From: Octopus vulgaris
Taxonomy: Eukaryota
Assembly: GCA_951406725.2 (NCBI GenBank)
Contig: OX597822.1
Location: 92,814,001 to 92,878,000, forward strand
Reading direction: 5' to 3'
Length of the DNA stretch: 64,000 nucleotides
Shown here: piece after piece, positions 37,591 to 52,021 of the stretch
How the letters are laid out: the number at the start of each line of letters is the position of its first letter
Numbering within the stretch: position 1 is the stretch's first letter
Made by a program: the position numbers and the translations under genes
Notes under the pieces: generated by a model
Told to the model about the DNA's origin: nothing
The model's database searches: none
Seen by the model: the letters and a program-made list of their open reading frames with translations, nothing else

Positions 37591-38015
37591 TCACACACTG
37601 AGGGGCAATGGTTATAGAGGTGGGTTGGGAGATCTAAATTTTGTAATTTACCACTGACAAAGGGAGGTAATAGATATGTATGTATGAGAGCATTTGCACA
37701 TACACACACACATCCAGACACACCACACAGATAGAAAGATTGCACATAATACATACACACACCAGTGCGAGAGAACCTCTTGTTGGGAGTATGGCCTGCT
37801 AGAAATAGCAGCCAGATCACCATCATTTCATACCCTTCTGTTTTAGAAAATGAAAAACTGAATAATGCTGTCCCAGATTCCTTGGATATAAGGGCAAAAA
37901 TAGGGTAGTAGCCACAGCTGGAGTGCTTGTGGCCATAAGTCTAAATAGGGGTGGCCTGGGACTAACAAGCGTTGTACATACAAAATATCATACACTTAGG
38001 CATTATAGCCTACAC

Positions 38016-38249
38016 CAGCATTTCTCAACCTGGGTTCCCCCGGGACCCTAGGGTTCTGCAAGAAAGAATGAGATAAGCTAATACTAATTTCAATATATAT
38101 ATATGTGTGTGTGTGTGTGTGTATCACGTGAACTATGATGAAAATGTACGAGAAAGATATGGTATATAATTTTTTTTTGTGCAGGGGTTCTTTTAGACAT
38201 GTAATTTATTTTAAGGGTTACACAAGGGTAAAAAGGTTGAGAAACACTG
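38016..38249. mobile_element. hAT (Charlie-like) MITE
   Basis: TIRs CAGCATTTCTCAACC / GGTTGAGAAACACTG; 8-bp TSD GCCTACAC / GTCTACAC. Confidence 0.85.
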
Positions 38250-38349
38250 GTCTACACAAACCCCAAGTGTGAAACTGGCTTGCATGGAGCAAGGGAAATA
38301 ACTTTGCAGCATTCAGGTGAGCTATTCAAGTGGGATATTTATAACGATT

Positions 38350-39170
38350 ATAATGAAATTATTGTGTACAGTGCTCAGGTGCACAACTCATCAAAGGTGC
38401 ATGCACAATACATAGAATTATGTACAAAAGTCAGGAAAGTGAATAGTGTATGTGTCATGATATACATGTGTATGGAGGAGGGATATCAGGTGTAGTGTTG
38501 GTGAATTTCAGGAAGTATGTCAGTTTTAAAGGATGCAATGTCTCAGCAACTAACAACTGATGCAGGTAGTTTGTTCCATGCTTCAGCAACTCTGAGTGTG
38601 AAAAAATGTTTCTGAAAGTGATGGGAGCTGTGCTGTTTTCTGACTTTGTAGGCATACCCACATGTGTTTGTTAGACACATGGAGCTCAAAAAGGTGTTCA
38701 AGATGGTTGTTGGCACAATGGTTAATAATTTTGTGGGTCTTTTATAAAGTCAGTTGCCAGACATCAAAACTTCAATGTAGCTATGCCTTGAGAAGCAAGG
38801 TGTTCAGAGTATGGTAGATGCCTGATGGAGGGTGTTCGCTTGGTTGCATGTCTCTGAACAGTTTCCAGGAGGTCAATGTGCTGAGCAAGATAGGGGTTCC
38901 AGATGCAAATTCCAAGTGTGGCTGTACCCTAGCCAATATACAGCCTTAAATAAATCGCTGGAGAATGGCTGACAAAAGTTTTGCTGAATGATGTCAAGAC
39001 ACTCTCAGCCTTCTTGACAATTTTAGTAATGTGCTTTGTCCAGCACAAATCACTGTTGATAGTAATGCCCAGGTCACACTCACAAGAAAACTTCTTGATA
39101 TTAGTGTTGTGCAGAGAGTATGTGGACGTTGGGTTTTTCCTCCCAAAATGCATGGCGGTACACTTGTCCA
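38350..39170 (-). mobile_element. Degenerate CR1-type LINE 3' fragment
   Basis: KCTAMHFGRKNP..Y.L..CECDLGITINSDLCWTKHITKIVKKA..FSKTF..YLRLY; a further frame gives FFTLRVAEAWNKLP. Confidence 0.85.
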
Positions 39171-41339
39171 CATACACACGTGTGCTGATACACACATTCA
39201 TGCATCATTGTCAATTAAATCTGTTTTCTGTGCTGACATGGGGTAGGGTCATGATATACAGTGCATATATATTATATGTGTAATACATGCATATATATAT
39301 ATATTATCACCTCATCTTCAGTTAAAGTTCGTTATACATGCTAGCATGGGTTGTTTGACAGTTTGACATGAGCTGGTAAATCAGGGGACTGTTTCCTGCA
39401 TTTTAATGGTGATGACATTGGTGCTAAGTGTTTCCCTTGGGTTATGTCAGTGATATGGAGAGGCAGAGAAGCTTGCATGCATGGCTAGTGATTGGTCTTC
39501 GAGAACAAAAAAAAATGGGAGGCAATAAGCTCCTTCTTTTCTTGAAACACTTGGAGCCCCTATGGACCCCTCCCCCCAACTCCTAAGATACCGTCATCTC
39601 CACTGTTACTGCCATGGGCACCCACACTAACCACTGCAACCATTCCTTCTATTTTGTGCTGGTAATTAATTTAGCACCACCATTACCACCACTATTACTG
39701 CTTCTACTACTACATCTATAACAACACCATTAGAAATACTGCTGCCGCCGCCACCGCCACCACTACTTTCACTGCATTAGTAATACTACTACTACTGCTG
39801 CTGCTACTACTGTAATGACAAACATGAGTGTTTATTACCACTAACACCACCACCACCACCACCACCACTACCTCTGTCAAAACAACTGCAGCATGATGAT
39901 GCTGAGGCTGATGATGATTGTTATCATCACTGTACACAGCTGAATGAAGAGTTGAGGCCTTGGGCAATGAACAGAAATCCACGTTAATCTTCTGCTTTAA
40001 GTGGTATACACACATACACACACACATGTATGTATACACACTGTGTATACTTGTAGGTTAATCTCTTGTGAAACCCACTTACAGCTGTTTAGTTGTGCAT
40101 CAACTTATATTAAGCAGATCAGGGATGAAGTCCTCCTCATCCCACCTGGATAGGATGGTAGTCTGTAGCAAGTGATTTCCCATCTCTTCATGATTTCTCT
40201 TCACAGCAAGGTAATGTGAAGTTAAACATGTGGAGTTCAGGGTTTTGCTCCCATGGCAGATACACCATGGAATACACACCTTAAAACCTGAACTTCCTAC
40301 CTCTTACCTCTCTCCATCCATCACTCAGTCAATCAATTATACACATATTCCTTTTGAGTGTTGGACCTCACTGAGGCAAAGTGGCTGAGTTCTTTTTGAG
40401 TGTTGGGCCTCACGAAGGCAAAGACCAAGACCTTTGGCATTATATCGTGCTTGGGAAGAAGACCCGTCAAGTCAAGCAAAATCATGGTCGTGGCAGATAC
40501 TGGTGTCACACAAATTGGCACCCTGGCCGGTGGTATGTAAAGGTGGCGAGCTGGCAGACACGTTAGCACGCTGGGCGAAATGCATAGCTGTATTTCGTCT
40601 GCCAATACGTTCTGAGTTCAAATTCTGCCTAGGTCGACTTTGCCTTTCATCCTTTGGGGATCGATAAATTAAGTACCAGTTACGCACTGGGGTCGATATA
40701 ATTGACTTGATCCGTTTGTCTGTCCTTGCTTGTCCCCTCTGTGTTTAGCCCTTTGTGGGTAGTAAAGAAATAGGTATGTAAATGCATCCTGGTGTCATGC
40801 AAATGGCACCTGTGCTTGTGGCATGTAAAAGCACCCGTTATACTCTTGGAGCGGTTGGTGTTAGGATGGGTATCCAGCCATAAAAAAACATGCCAAATCA
40901 GACTGGAGTCTGGTACAGCCTTCCAGCATGCCTGCCCAAACCGTCCAACCCATGGACAACAGACGTTAAATGATGATGATTTTGAGGATGATTCATTAAG
41001 ATCCATACAGACTAAGAGAAGGTGTGTGGCCAAGGTATTTGGCTCACGATCATAAGGCTGTGATTTTGATTCTCATCAGTGCATCGTGTCCTTGGCCAAG
41101 ACACTTTAATTCTCATTGCTGCAGTCCACTCAGCTGGCAAAAATAAGAAGTACCTGTAATTCTGTGTCGTGCTGAATCTTCGTGAGATCTACGTTAAGGA
41201 TATGTATTTCTGTGAAGTTCTCAGCCACTAGCATATTACTTTCATGAGCAAGCCGTTCCGTTGATCAAATCAACTGAAACACTTGTTGCTATAACTGACG
41301 TAGTGCCAGGCAAGCTCAGATGAATGTACCAAAGATTGA

Positions 41340-41485
41340 AGTAGGAGAAAAGCACAGTCAAAAGAACTGAATAAAATTGAGAAATATGAAGATCTAAGTG
41401 TGGAGATTCTGAAAAATGTAGATGATGGAAACCCCTGAGATACCTGTAATTATAGTGGGTCTTGGGGGTAATTGGCACTGGGCAT
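41340..41485 (+). pseudogene. Restriction-like endonuclease remnant of an R4/Dong- or NeSL-like non-LTR element
   Basis: Frameshifted translation KELNKIEKYEDLSVEILK/M*MMETPEIPVIIVGLG resembles the K..KY.DL..EI..(M/L)W...IP.(V/I)(V/I)G.LG RLE motif. Confidence 0.55.
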
Positions 41486-41574
41486 ATTTTACTTGGAACA
41501 CCATCATTGTAAATTTTATAGAGCTTTGTAATTTTTTTTTTATTGAGCACTTACATACACTGTTTTTTTAAAAT

Positions 41575-41790
41575 TCTTTTACTTGTTTCAGTCATTTGGC
41601 TGCAGCCATGCTGGAGCACTGCCTTTAGTCGAACAAATCGACCCCACAGCTTATTCTTTGTAAGCCTAGTACTTATTCTATCGGTCGCTTTTGCTGAACT
41701 GCTAAGTTACGGGGGACATAAACACACCAGCATTGGTTGTCAAGCGATGTTGGGGTGGGGGGACAAACATAGATACACAAACATATGCAT

Positions 41791-41835
<45 letters not shown>

Positions 41836-41998
41836 CGACAGGCTTCTTCCAGTTTCCGTCTACCAAATCCACTCACAAAGCTTTGGTCGTACCAAGGCTG
41901 TAGTAGAAGACACTTGGCTAAAGTGCCACACAGTGGGATTGAACCGAGGACCATGTGGTTGGTAAGCAAGCTACTTACACACAGCCACATATTGCGCC
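41575..41998 (-). mobile_element. tRNA-derived SINE, family A, full length
   Basis: Reverse complement of the family A consensus. Confidence 0.85.
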
Positions 41999-42397
41999 TA
42001 TATTTTGATTATTTAAAAGAAAAAGTTCTTATCCAGTCTTGGCACATTTTGACATTATACAATGATCAGAAGCATTAAGAACATCCAATCTGGCATCTGT
42101 CTTGGGTATCTGTGGGGATCCTGGTGGATAATGTGCAAATATAGCAGATAGGAAGAAAAATGGAAATAAAAGATCAAAGTCCTGATGTAGGACCATGCAG
42201 TGGTTCTCGTGGCTTCTGATCTTAACTGATTGGAAGTGTTATCATGTAAATTGTTTTGTCTTGGTATAAAAGATGGGCTACAGCAAATATTCTGTTCAAT
42301 ACCATAGATTTGCTTGTCAGTTGAGCAAGTCCCTTGGTGGCTGACGATGTGTGCGTCTCTGATCACGGGTAGAAGTCATGAGAGACCATCATAGCCG

Positions 42398-42952
42398 TTA
42401 CGTTCTGAGTTCAAATTCCGCCGAGGTCGACTTTGCCTTTCATCCTTTCGGGGTCGATAAATTAAGTACTAGTTACGCACTGGGGTCGATATAATCGACT
42501 TAATCCGTGTGTCTGTTCTTGTTTGTCCTCTCTGTGTTTAGCCCCTTGTTGGTAGTAAAGAAATAGGTATGTTAAATACCTTAAAACAAAAATTCTTAAA
42601 TTAAAAATTGTCCCTGCCTCAAATCTGTGTAAATCCCCACTGCTTTTCACAATTGAATCATTTAAATGTTGCCAATCATTTTTAAACCCTTGTGGCAAAT
42701 AAGTTATTTTTATAACTATTATCATTATTATTATTATTAGGTGAGCTGGCAAAATTGATAGCATGCTGAGTTAAAATGCTTAGCGGCATTTTGTCTGTCC
42801 TTTTAATTCTGAGTTCAAATTCAGCTTGTGGCCAACTTTGCCTTTCACCCTTTCGGAGTCGATAAATTAAGTACCAGTCAAGTACTGGGGTCAATGTGAT
42901 TGATTGTCCCCCTCCCCACAAAACTTCAGACCTTGTGCCTATAGTAGAAAGG

Positions 42953-42984
<32 letters not shown>

Positions 42985-43651
42985 CATCATCATCAATTAT
43001 TAAGGTGACGGAGCTGGCAGAATTGTTAGCATGCTGGACGGAATACTTAGTGGCATTTCGCCCGTCACTACATTCTGAGTTCAAATTCCGCCAAGGTCAA
43101 CTTTGCTTTTTATCCTTTCAAGGTTGATAAAACAAGTACCAGTTGAGTACTAGGGTCAGTGTAATCAACTCGTCCCCACCTCCCCCCAAGCTGCCCTTGT
43201 GGCAAAAATTTGAAATAATTATTCTTTTCTACTCTAGGCACAAGGCTTGAAATTTTTGGGGAGGGTGCCCAGTACACAACTGATACTTAATTTATCGACC
43301 CCGAAAGGATGAAAGGCAATCTCAGTGGAATTTGAACTCTGAATGTAAAGACAGACGAAATACCACTTAACATTTTGCCTGGTGTGCTAACGTTTCTGCC
43401 AGCTCACCTCCTTTATTTGGAATAATTATTATCATTAAGGTGCTGATCTGGCAGAATCATTAGCACGCTGGGCGAAATGCTGTTAAGCATTTCGTCCATC
43501 GCTATGTTCTGAGTTCAAATTTCGTCGAGGTCGACTTTGCCTTTCATCTTTTCAAGGTCCATAAAATAATTACCAGTTGTAGACTGGGGTCAATGTAATC
43601 GACCCATCCCCACCTCCCCCCCCAAGCTGCCCTTGTGGCAAAATTTGAAAC

Positions 43652-43703
<52 letters not shown>

Positions 43704-43953
43704 TATTATTATTTATCAGCTAGCTGAATTGGATACCTTATAATCCTTTCTAATATAGGTAGAGAGACTGAAATTTTGAGAGTAGTTGGTTACTAGTTGC
43801 TCGATTGGTACTTAATTCATTGACCCCCGAAAAGGCAAAAGGCAAAGCTGACCATGGCAGAATTTGAACTCAGAACGTAAAGATTGACAAAATGCCACAA
43901 AGCATTTTGTAGGCATTTCGTCCTGCGTGCTAACAATTCTGCCAGGTGGCCAC
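42398..43953. mobile_element. Cluster of about six MetaSINE-like (family B) copies in both orientations among (ATT)n tracts
   Basis: GAGTTCAAATT..GACTTTGCCTTTCATCCTTTC..GTCGATAAA recurs near 42410, 42810, 43080, 43300(-), 43510 and 43830(-). Confidence 0.8.
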
Positions 43954-44275
43954 CTCTATAGATCCAAATCTGATGGTTCAGAGAGAACAGACATGATGAG
44001 GTTAAAACAACAAAGGCCCTCCACACCACCACCACCACCACCACCACTGCTACCACTGCCACAATCACAGTAAACACTTTGCTAAAATCACAACAACAAC
44101 AACAAAGCATATTGCATAAACAATTAAACGAAGCTTTTATAATAAACGAGCTTGTACTCAAAAGTCAATTTTTACCCTGGCTGGGTGGTACGAGGCGGAA
44201 GGTGTGGGTAGAAGGATCGGGGAGGGGTGTGATAATCTCCCTCTTTCTAACATTACTATCTACTCCTGCCATATC

Positions 44276-44307
<32 letters not shown>

Positions 44308-44459
44308 TTCTCTTAGTAATCCCTCTCCCCACCCCTCTTGACTTTCTTAGCTCTGTGACAACATGGTGTTTTTTTTTTATTCTATGTTTATAATACTTTG
44401 GAAGTTAATCGCATTGCACCAGGTTAGGGTGGTTATGGAGAGGGGAGAGCGGATAATCT

Positions 44460-44460
<1 letters not shown>

Positions 44461-44534
<74 letters not shown>

Positions 44535-44823
44535 GTATGTATGTGTATGTATATATATATGTATGTATATATATATATGTATGTATGTGTATATATGTAT
44601 GTGTATGTATATATATATGTATGTATGTGTATGTATATATATGTATGTATGTGTATGTATATATATGTATGTATGTGTATGTATATATATGTATGTATGT
44701 GTATGTATATATATATGTATGTGTATGTATATATATATGTATGTGTATGTATATATATATGTATGTGTATGCATATATATATGTATGTATGTGTATGTAT
44801 ATGTATGTATGTGTATGTATATG

Positions 44824-44858
<35 letters not shown>

Positions 44859-44883
44859 ATGTATATATGTATGTATGTGTATG

Positions 44884-44914
<31 letters not shown>

Positions 44915-44955
44915 CTTTCGACATACACACACAGACACACATACATGTATATGTA
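44461..44955. repeat. Long compound (TA)/(TG)/(TATG) microsatellite
   Basis: Visible directly. Confidence 0.95.
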
Positions 44956-45344
44956 TATCTTTAATCTTCTACCTGTTTCAGTTATTGGACTGTGGCCATG
45001 CTGGGGCACTGCCTCGAAGAGTTTAATCAAACAAATCAACCCCAGTACTTATATTCTAATGTCTAGTACTTATCCTATCAATCTCTTTTGCCAAACTGCT
45101 AGGTTATGGTGATGTAAATATACCCACAATGGTTGCCATGCACACACACACACATACAATGGGCCTCCACATATTTTCTCTCTATCAAATCCACTCACAA
45201 GTCTTTTGTCAGCCTAGGACTGTAGTAGAAGAAACTTGCCCAGGGTGCCATTCAGTGGGACTGAACCTGGAACCATGTAGTTGTCAAGCCACATGCATAA
45301 AATCAAGAAACAACCGTCCAAATGGTTAGTGCAGTAATGTAGAA

Positions 45345-45553
45345 TGATTTGTGGTACACTACATGAAAGTCAGTTTTATTTATGGTACCCTACATGAAAG
45401 TCAATTTGATTTGTGGTACCCTACATGAAAGTCAGTTTGATTTGTGGTACCCTACATGAAAGTCAATTTGATTTATGGTACCCTACATGAAAGTCAATTT
45501 GATTTGTGGTACCCTATATGAAAATCACTTTGATTTGTAGTACCCTATTTGAA
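45345..45553. repeat. 31-bp minisatellite, about 6.7 copies
   Basis: Unit TGATTTGTGGTACCCTACATGAAAGTCAATT, head-to-tail, no spacers. Confidence 0.92.
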
Positions 45554-46259
45554 GCACAAGTGCCTTCTCCCAGTTCTTGCCACCAGTTTACAGCTTCATG
45601 GCCAGTCTCGGCCCATTTGGTGTTGCCTGTTTTGCCACATTCAATCTCCATTCATAAAATATGAAAAGACAGAAACCATAAAGTAAATAAAATAACACAA
45701 TAAGTATAAAAAGTATAACATGTTCTGATTTTCCTCTGTGTTTGTCTGTTTGGTGAGTTTTAATTATGGATGAGGTTTTCCTTCTGTATTTTAAGTACAT
45801 ATATTGTTTTCACTTTACGCCCACTTACCAATGCTGGCATGTATGTATGTATGTATGTATGTATGTATGTATGTATGTATGTATGTATGTATGTATATAT
45901 GTATGTGTGTGTGTGTGTGTGTGTGTTGTGTGTGTGTTATGAGGGGAGTGCACATACACCTGTGTTTTGGCATGACATGTGCTTGTGTGCAATAGACTTC
46001 TATCTAATAGATTTGTATTATTGAAATTATCATCTATAGCTTGTGTATGTGTGTGCATGATTATATAAACACACATTTATATAAGTAGTTTGTCTTCACA
46101 AGTGCGTACACACTGACATTTTGTGTGTTTGTGTGTGTGTGCTGGCATGCACTCACACACACAGTCCTAACCTGTTTCATTTGTATACTCTACAATAAAA
46201 AAAAAAAAGACTTGTCCAACGTATATCTATACCATTCTCTTCATAAATGTATTAAACAG

Positions 46260-46379
46260 ATTCTGGATGAACTGCGGAAGGACCTTACAGAGGACCAGCA
46301 GCACAAACTGGAGCTGGTCATCTCACAGATTGTCAAACAGCATAAAGCACATCTTGACCAACTCACATCACACTACAAG
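46260..46379 (+). CDS. Exon of host coiled-coil protein (ILDELRKDLTEDQQHKLELV...LTSHYK)
   Basis: aaacag|ATT acceptor, AAG|gtaact donor; 120 nt, phase 0/0. Confidence 0.85.
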
Positions 46380-46565
46380 GTAACTGCCACTTTCCTCTCT
46401 CTCTCTAATTCTCAATTTTTGTTTGCTTATTCACACACACACATATTCACTGATTTAAATCTTAATTATACTCGGCTTAACTTACATCTACAATCTCTCA
46501 TTTTACATGAACATATACATATACACATATACACCTGTCTGACTCCCTCCCTCCCTCTTTTTTAC

Positions 46566-46617
<52 letters not shown>

Positions 46618-46790
46618 GATACACTCACACCTCAATTTCATCAGCTTTATTTTACACACACACACAATTGCATGGATTATAAATATGTAAACAACTTATA
46701 TATATACATATATATATATATATATAAGAAAATAAAAACGGAAAATACGCACGGAAAATATATATATATATATAAGTTGTTTACATATTT

Positions 46791-46833
<43 letters not shown>

Positions 46834-47431
46834 TACACACACACACTTTCCATCTCACACACATATATATATATATCTCATAAGCCTCACACACTCTGCT
46901 CTTCCCATTCCTCGTCATCGTCATCCTCCTCCTGTACCTTCAGCTCCACTAAAAACACACATGTTGAGTCCTCCATAATAACATTGATGTTGACAAACGA
47001 TGTTTATGGTGATGCTGTTCTGCCAGCAATGGACCCCCTTAGCAGTGTCATCATCATCATCACCATCATCGGTGCTACCAACAAAGCATGATAGCCATCT
47101 TAGCTTTCACAAAAGTCTATTGGTATATGAAAATGGTTAGTCTTTCGCTCTTATCTTTCTCTGACATTCTAGCACTCTCTCTCTCTCTGTCTATCTGTCT
47201 GTTTCTCTCTCTCTAGTTCTCTGTGCCTTTCTCTCTGTGCCTTTCTCTCTGTCCATTTGTCTCTCTCTTTCTCTAGTTTTCTGTGCCTTTCTCTCTGTCC
47301 ATCTGTCTCTCACTCTCTCTTTCTCTGTCTGTCTCTTTGTCACTGCATATGTGTGTATGTCACTCTCTCTTTCTCTGTCTGTCTGTCTGTCTCTCTTTTT
47401 TTTCTGTCTGTCTGTCTCTCATTCCTCTTCA

Positions 47432-47484
<53 letters not shown>

Positions 47485-47964
47485 CATAGTTGTTGCTGTT
47501 ATTGTTGTACAGTGTCTGTTGTATCTTCTTGTTATTATGTTGTTGTTAGTTCTCCCTGCTGCTACTGATGTTGTGATGTCAACCTTGTTCAAGCAAAGCT
47601 GTGATCAAAGACATTCCAACCATGACCAACCTATTTTTTCTCTATGTGTAGGAAGGCAGGATTACATTAGCATCTCTGTCCTTTTTCTAAGATGGCAGGG
47701 TGTGATTTGAGGCTGATTTGGCTGCTATTTCAAGCAGAATGAGTGACCTTGAAGAGCTTCTCACATTAGTTTGTGTCATTGTTGTATGTTGGTGATTTTA
47801 TTTGTTGTTGTTGTTGCTCATCTTTATCAGTCCTGATCTCCTCCAATACAGTTTCAGTCAGAAGTATCCCAGTTGTGACCACCTAGTCTGTATATCACAC
47901 ATAGTGCATCTTGGACTACTCCACCAAATTTGTCATTTTAAAGATTTAAAAAAAAAGAAAAAAA

Positions 47965-48044
47965 TTATTCAGGTCACTGCCTGGAATTGAACTTGTAATC
48001 TTGGGGTTAGTAGCTCATGCTCTTAACCACTATGCCATATGCCC
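47965..48044 (-). mobile_element. Solo tRNA-like head of the palindromic hammerhead element
   Basis: TTATTCAGGTCACTGCCTGGAATTGAAC..TCTTGGGGTTAGTAGC..CTCTTAACCACTATGCCATATGCC matches about 63369-63448. Confidence 0.8.
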
Positions 48045-50509
48045 ATAAAACAAGTCTTGATAAATAGACAACAGTAAGGAATGATTTGAGGAATATTTGT
48101 TTGTTGCCTCTAGCAGATCAAGTAATCGTTCTGAAACTCTGTTAGTTCATGATGTGTTGTTGTTGCTGATGATGATGTTGAGCTCCATATTTGTGTATTT
48201 ATTTGTATTCTGCATCACTCTGTCAAACTACTTATCATCATTGTTTAACGTCCGCTTTCCATGCTGGTATGAGTTGGACGGCTTGACTGAGGACTGGCAA
48301 GCCAGGAGGCTGCACCAGGCTCCAATCCAATCTGGCAAAGTTTTTACAGCTGGATGCCCTTCCTAACTCCAACCACTCCAAGAGTATAGTGGGTGCCTTT
48401 TACATGCCACCGGCACGGGAGCCAGTCAGGTGGCACTGGCAATGACCATGCTCATTTATTTTAAATCATAATGCATTGACCATTTTTGTTTGATTAACTG
48501 TATTTTAGTTTTGATTCCATGGGATTGAACCCTGTCTATGTACGTGTTAAGGGGTTTAAGAAGTTTTCTTTATATGAATCGAGTCCTTAGTTCAGTCTCA
48601 CTTCACTGTGTAGCATCTTGGGCCTGTATCTTTTACCATAGCCTTGGGTCAATTGACCCAACTCTTGGGAGTGAATTTGGATTGGGAGCAAAATGTGTTG
48701 GAAATCCCTCAGATGAACTGTGCCTATACTGAAAGGGTCAGGTGGCCTCTTTTTATACACACACACACACACACACATTTATGTCACATTGGTTCTACCG
48801 GAAAACTTCTTCAAATAGCCCCAATTGCGATGCATTTCACCACACATCACCAAGAATCTCTGTCTTTTATTAACTTTGGTTGATCCTCTTTACATGTTGT
48901 TTGTCCCCGTCAATAACACCAATGTAGGGAAGTGGTCTTTGTTGTCTATTAGGGCACAGAAATCGCCAACATTATAACATCTGGTATGACTGGCTGTTTA
49001 CCATTATCGCTGTGGCCGGTACAAAGTTTGCCCTGTATTGATCCTTGTATGGTTAAATAAAAGGGTACATAGGGCACCTGTGGAATACTCAGCCAACTAC
49101 ACCCTGTGACACACTGATTCTTAATGGTACATGTGTGTGTGGTATATTCAACCAGTTCTACTATAATTCAATGATCAGATTGTTCAATTGATTGAACAGC
49201 TGGAAAACACATTGTTGAAACCAGATGAACCATTCATATAAATTGTGTACATATCAGAAGCATTCATTTATTATTCAGGTGGTCGGTTGTTGAATTGGTT
49301 GTGCTTGCAAACACAATATATATATTGGGTCTATTGAGATCAGGTGTGTAGCCTCAGTTCAGGTGTGTAGAGCTGCCTTTCATCTTCTTGGTTTGATAAA
49401 TCTGAGTACCAGTTAAGTACTGCACCTGCCTTAATCAACTACACCTTCACCTTAAATTTTGGGCTTTGTACCTGGATCATCATCATCGTTTTAACATCCA
49501 CTTTTCTGTGTTTGCATGGGTTAGACGAAGTTTATTGAAGTGTTCTTGTTTTCTATGGCTAGATGCCCTTCCTGTCACCAATCCTCACCTGTTTCTTAGC
49601 CAGGCAATATTTCTTCATAGCCAGATGTTTTTTAGCAGAATATTAGAAATGAATAGCACTGCTTTTGTGACAGTGGCATTCATTTACAACTCCTAGATAG
49701 CTGAGTATTATGGCTGGTTGCTGGGTTGCACTTTTGCAGTTCAAGCTCAAGTTTTGATTGATGATTGAGCCATGTTGCCACAGATCAGTCTGTGATAAAC
49801 ATAACAGTGCCAGTGGCATGTAAAAAGCACCATTCAAGCATGGTCATTTCCAGTGCCGCCTGACTGGCTCCTGTGCCAATGGTACGTAAAAAAGCACCAT
49901 TTGAGCATGGTCAATGCCAGTATCGCCTTTCTGGCTCCAGTGCTGGTGGCACGTAAAAAGCACTGTTCAAGCATGGTTGATGCCAGTACCACCTTACTGG
50001 TTCCAGGTTCAGTTCCATTGCATGGTACCTTGAACAAGTTTCTTTTACTTTAGCATCAGGCCAACCAAAGCTCTGTGAGTGAATTTGATAGATGGAATCT
50101 CTATTGTCATCACATCCTGAAAATCCAACAAAGTATTTAACCAAAATATGCACAAATGAACCCAAACATCGGCTTAAAGGTTTGGGCACCTGCCTCTCTA
50201 AAATTAAAAACCCTCTACACACATACCACCCCTCTCCTGCATATACTTTCAAATTCTTGCATTACAACCAAGGGACCACTCAATAGACCTTTATTCATTT
50301 GTGTCTCACAACTTCATTTTGTCATTTTGCACAATGCCTAGAAGCTGGATATGACATTTTTACCATATCTGCCATCCCTGAAGAGCACATGGTATCTATT
50401 AACCAACCTGTTATCTAATATCCGGTTACCTAATATCCAGTGTGAAACTTATAAGATTGACTTATAAGATTGCAATGGATCTATAATAATGTATGCTTTG
50501 ATTAATGTT

Positions 50510-50559
<50 letters not shown>

Positions 50560-50560
<1 letters not shown>

Positions 50561-50929
50561 CTCTCTCTATATAAACGGCAGTTTGTCTGTGTGTGTTTCT
50601 GTGTGTCTGTTAGGTTGTACCCTCACCCTGACCACGGCTTTCAACCGATTCTGATGAAACTTGACACACACATAGCCCAATGTCATAATTCAAAACTAAC
50701 GCAGCGAAAATTTTGAAAAGTTCCCCCAGTTCTGAAAAAAATCGATAAATTCGACATGGGGTCGAGAATCAGAAACACAAACCACAGACTGTCTAGGGGA
50801 CGCAACTCGACCTTTTTAACTAAAAAAAAATTTACCATCATTTTTTCCCCATTTTTTGGCTATAACTCTCTAAAAATGCTTTATAGTTATTTCCCTTACA
50901 AACCCGAGCAACGCCGGGCGATACTGCTA

Positions 50930-50930
<1 letters not shown>
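50560..50930 (+). mobile_element. Non-autonomous Helitron
   Basis: A|TC 5' end, subterminal hairpin CCCG-AGCAACGC-CGGG, CTAG|T 3' end, no TSD, inserted in (TA)n. Confidence 0.85.
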
Positions 50931-50979
<49 letters not shown>

Positions 50980-51646
50980 CAAAGTGTACATACGTCGCTA
51001 TATATATATATATATATATATATAATTCTATTCTGCAGTCTCACTTTATCAGACATTTCCTACTCCACCCTTTCACTTCTGGCACGACTCCCCATTCATT
51101 GCTATCCACCTTGTACCTTGATGGTCTATTCACCACTTATATCCCTTTCCAGCTCCTCCTGCTTCTCTTCTAAAATGTGAATAGCCATGTAGCTCCTCTA
51201 CAATAAGAAAACTATTCTGCCCTGGCCCCTCCTCAGTTTCCTAGCATAAAATTGTCCCCCTATTAGGGTCTATAGTCTTATGATCTTCATGGTGACCTCA
51301 TAAGTGCTAGTGGCACAAGAAAAAAAGCACCCAGTTCCATGTGGTAATGTGGTTGGTGTTAGGAAGGGCACCTCATTGTAGAAACCATGTCAAAGCACAT
51401 ACTAGAGTGTGATGAAGTCTTTGGGCCCGTCATATGCTGTTGGACCATCTAACCCATGCCAACATGGAACATGAACTTTAAATGATTGATGATGATTATT
51501 ACATAAATCTGAGCTTCTTGAAACAGCTGTTGAGTGAAGAAATGATGCTGTTGATGAGTGTGAAGACAGGTTTTTGTTTGTTTCTGGTGAGAGAGGTGAT
51601 AGTTGACTCTGGGGTTACTTTAAGTCTTTAAGTCTGTTGATAATAT

Positions 51647-51678
<32 letters not shown>

Positions 51679-52021
51679 GTGGTGGTGGTGATGTTGCAAG
51701 TGATTGTGTTTTTAGTACAGGTGTTGATAGTGGTGCTGTTGTTGGCATTAGTTTTAGTTGTGTTGGTGGTAGTGCTGAAGGTTAGCCTGGATCAAATAGA
51801 CCAATGCAGTGATTTGGCAAAGCATCAAGGAAAAAACAAAAATGCATGTGGCATTTAGTTACTGCCCTTTATGCCCTGAGTTCAAATCCTGCTAATGTCA
51901 GCTTTGCCTTTCATCCTTCCAGGCTTGATAAAATACCGGTCAACTACAAAGGTTGGTTTCTCAACCACATGGTCTCAAGTTCAGTTCCACTGCATGGTAC
52001 CTTGGCCACTTGTCATCTATA

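Noticed and set aside
45345-45553. CRISPR-like array of ~31-bp repeats
   Set aside because: Units are contiguous with no unique spacers, there are no cas genes, and the context is eukaryotic.
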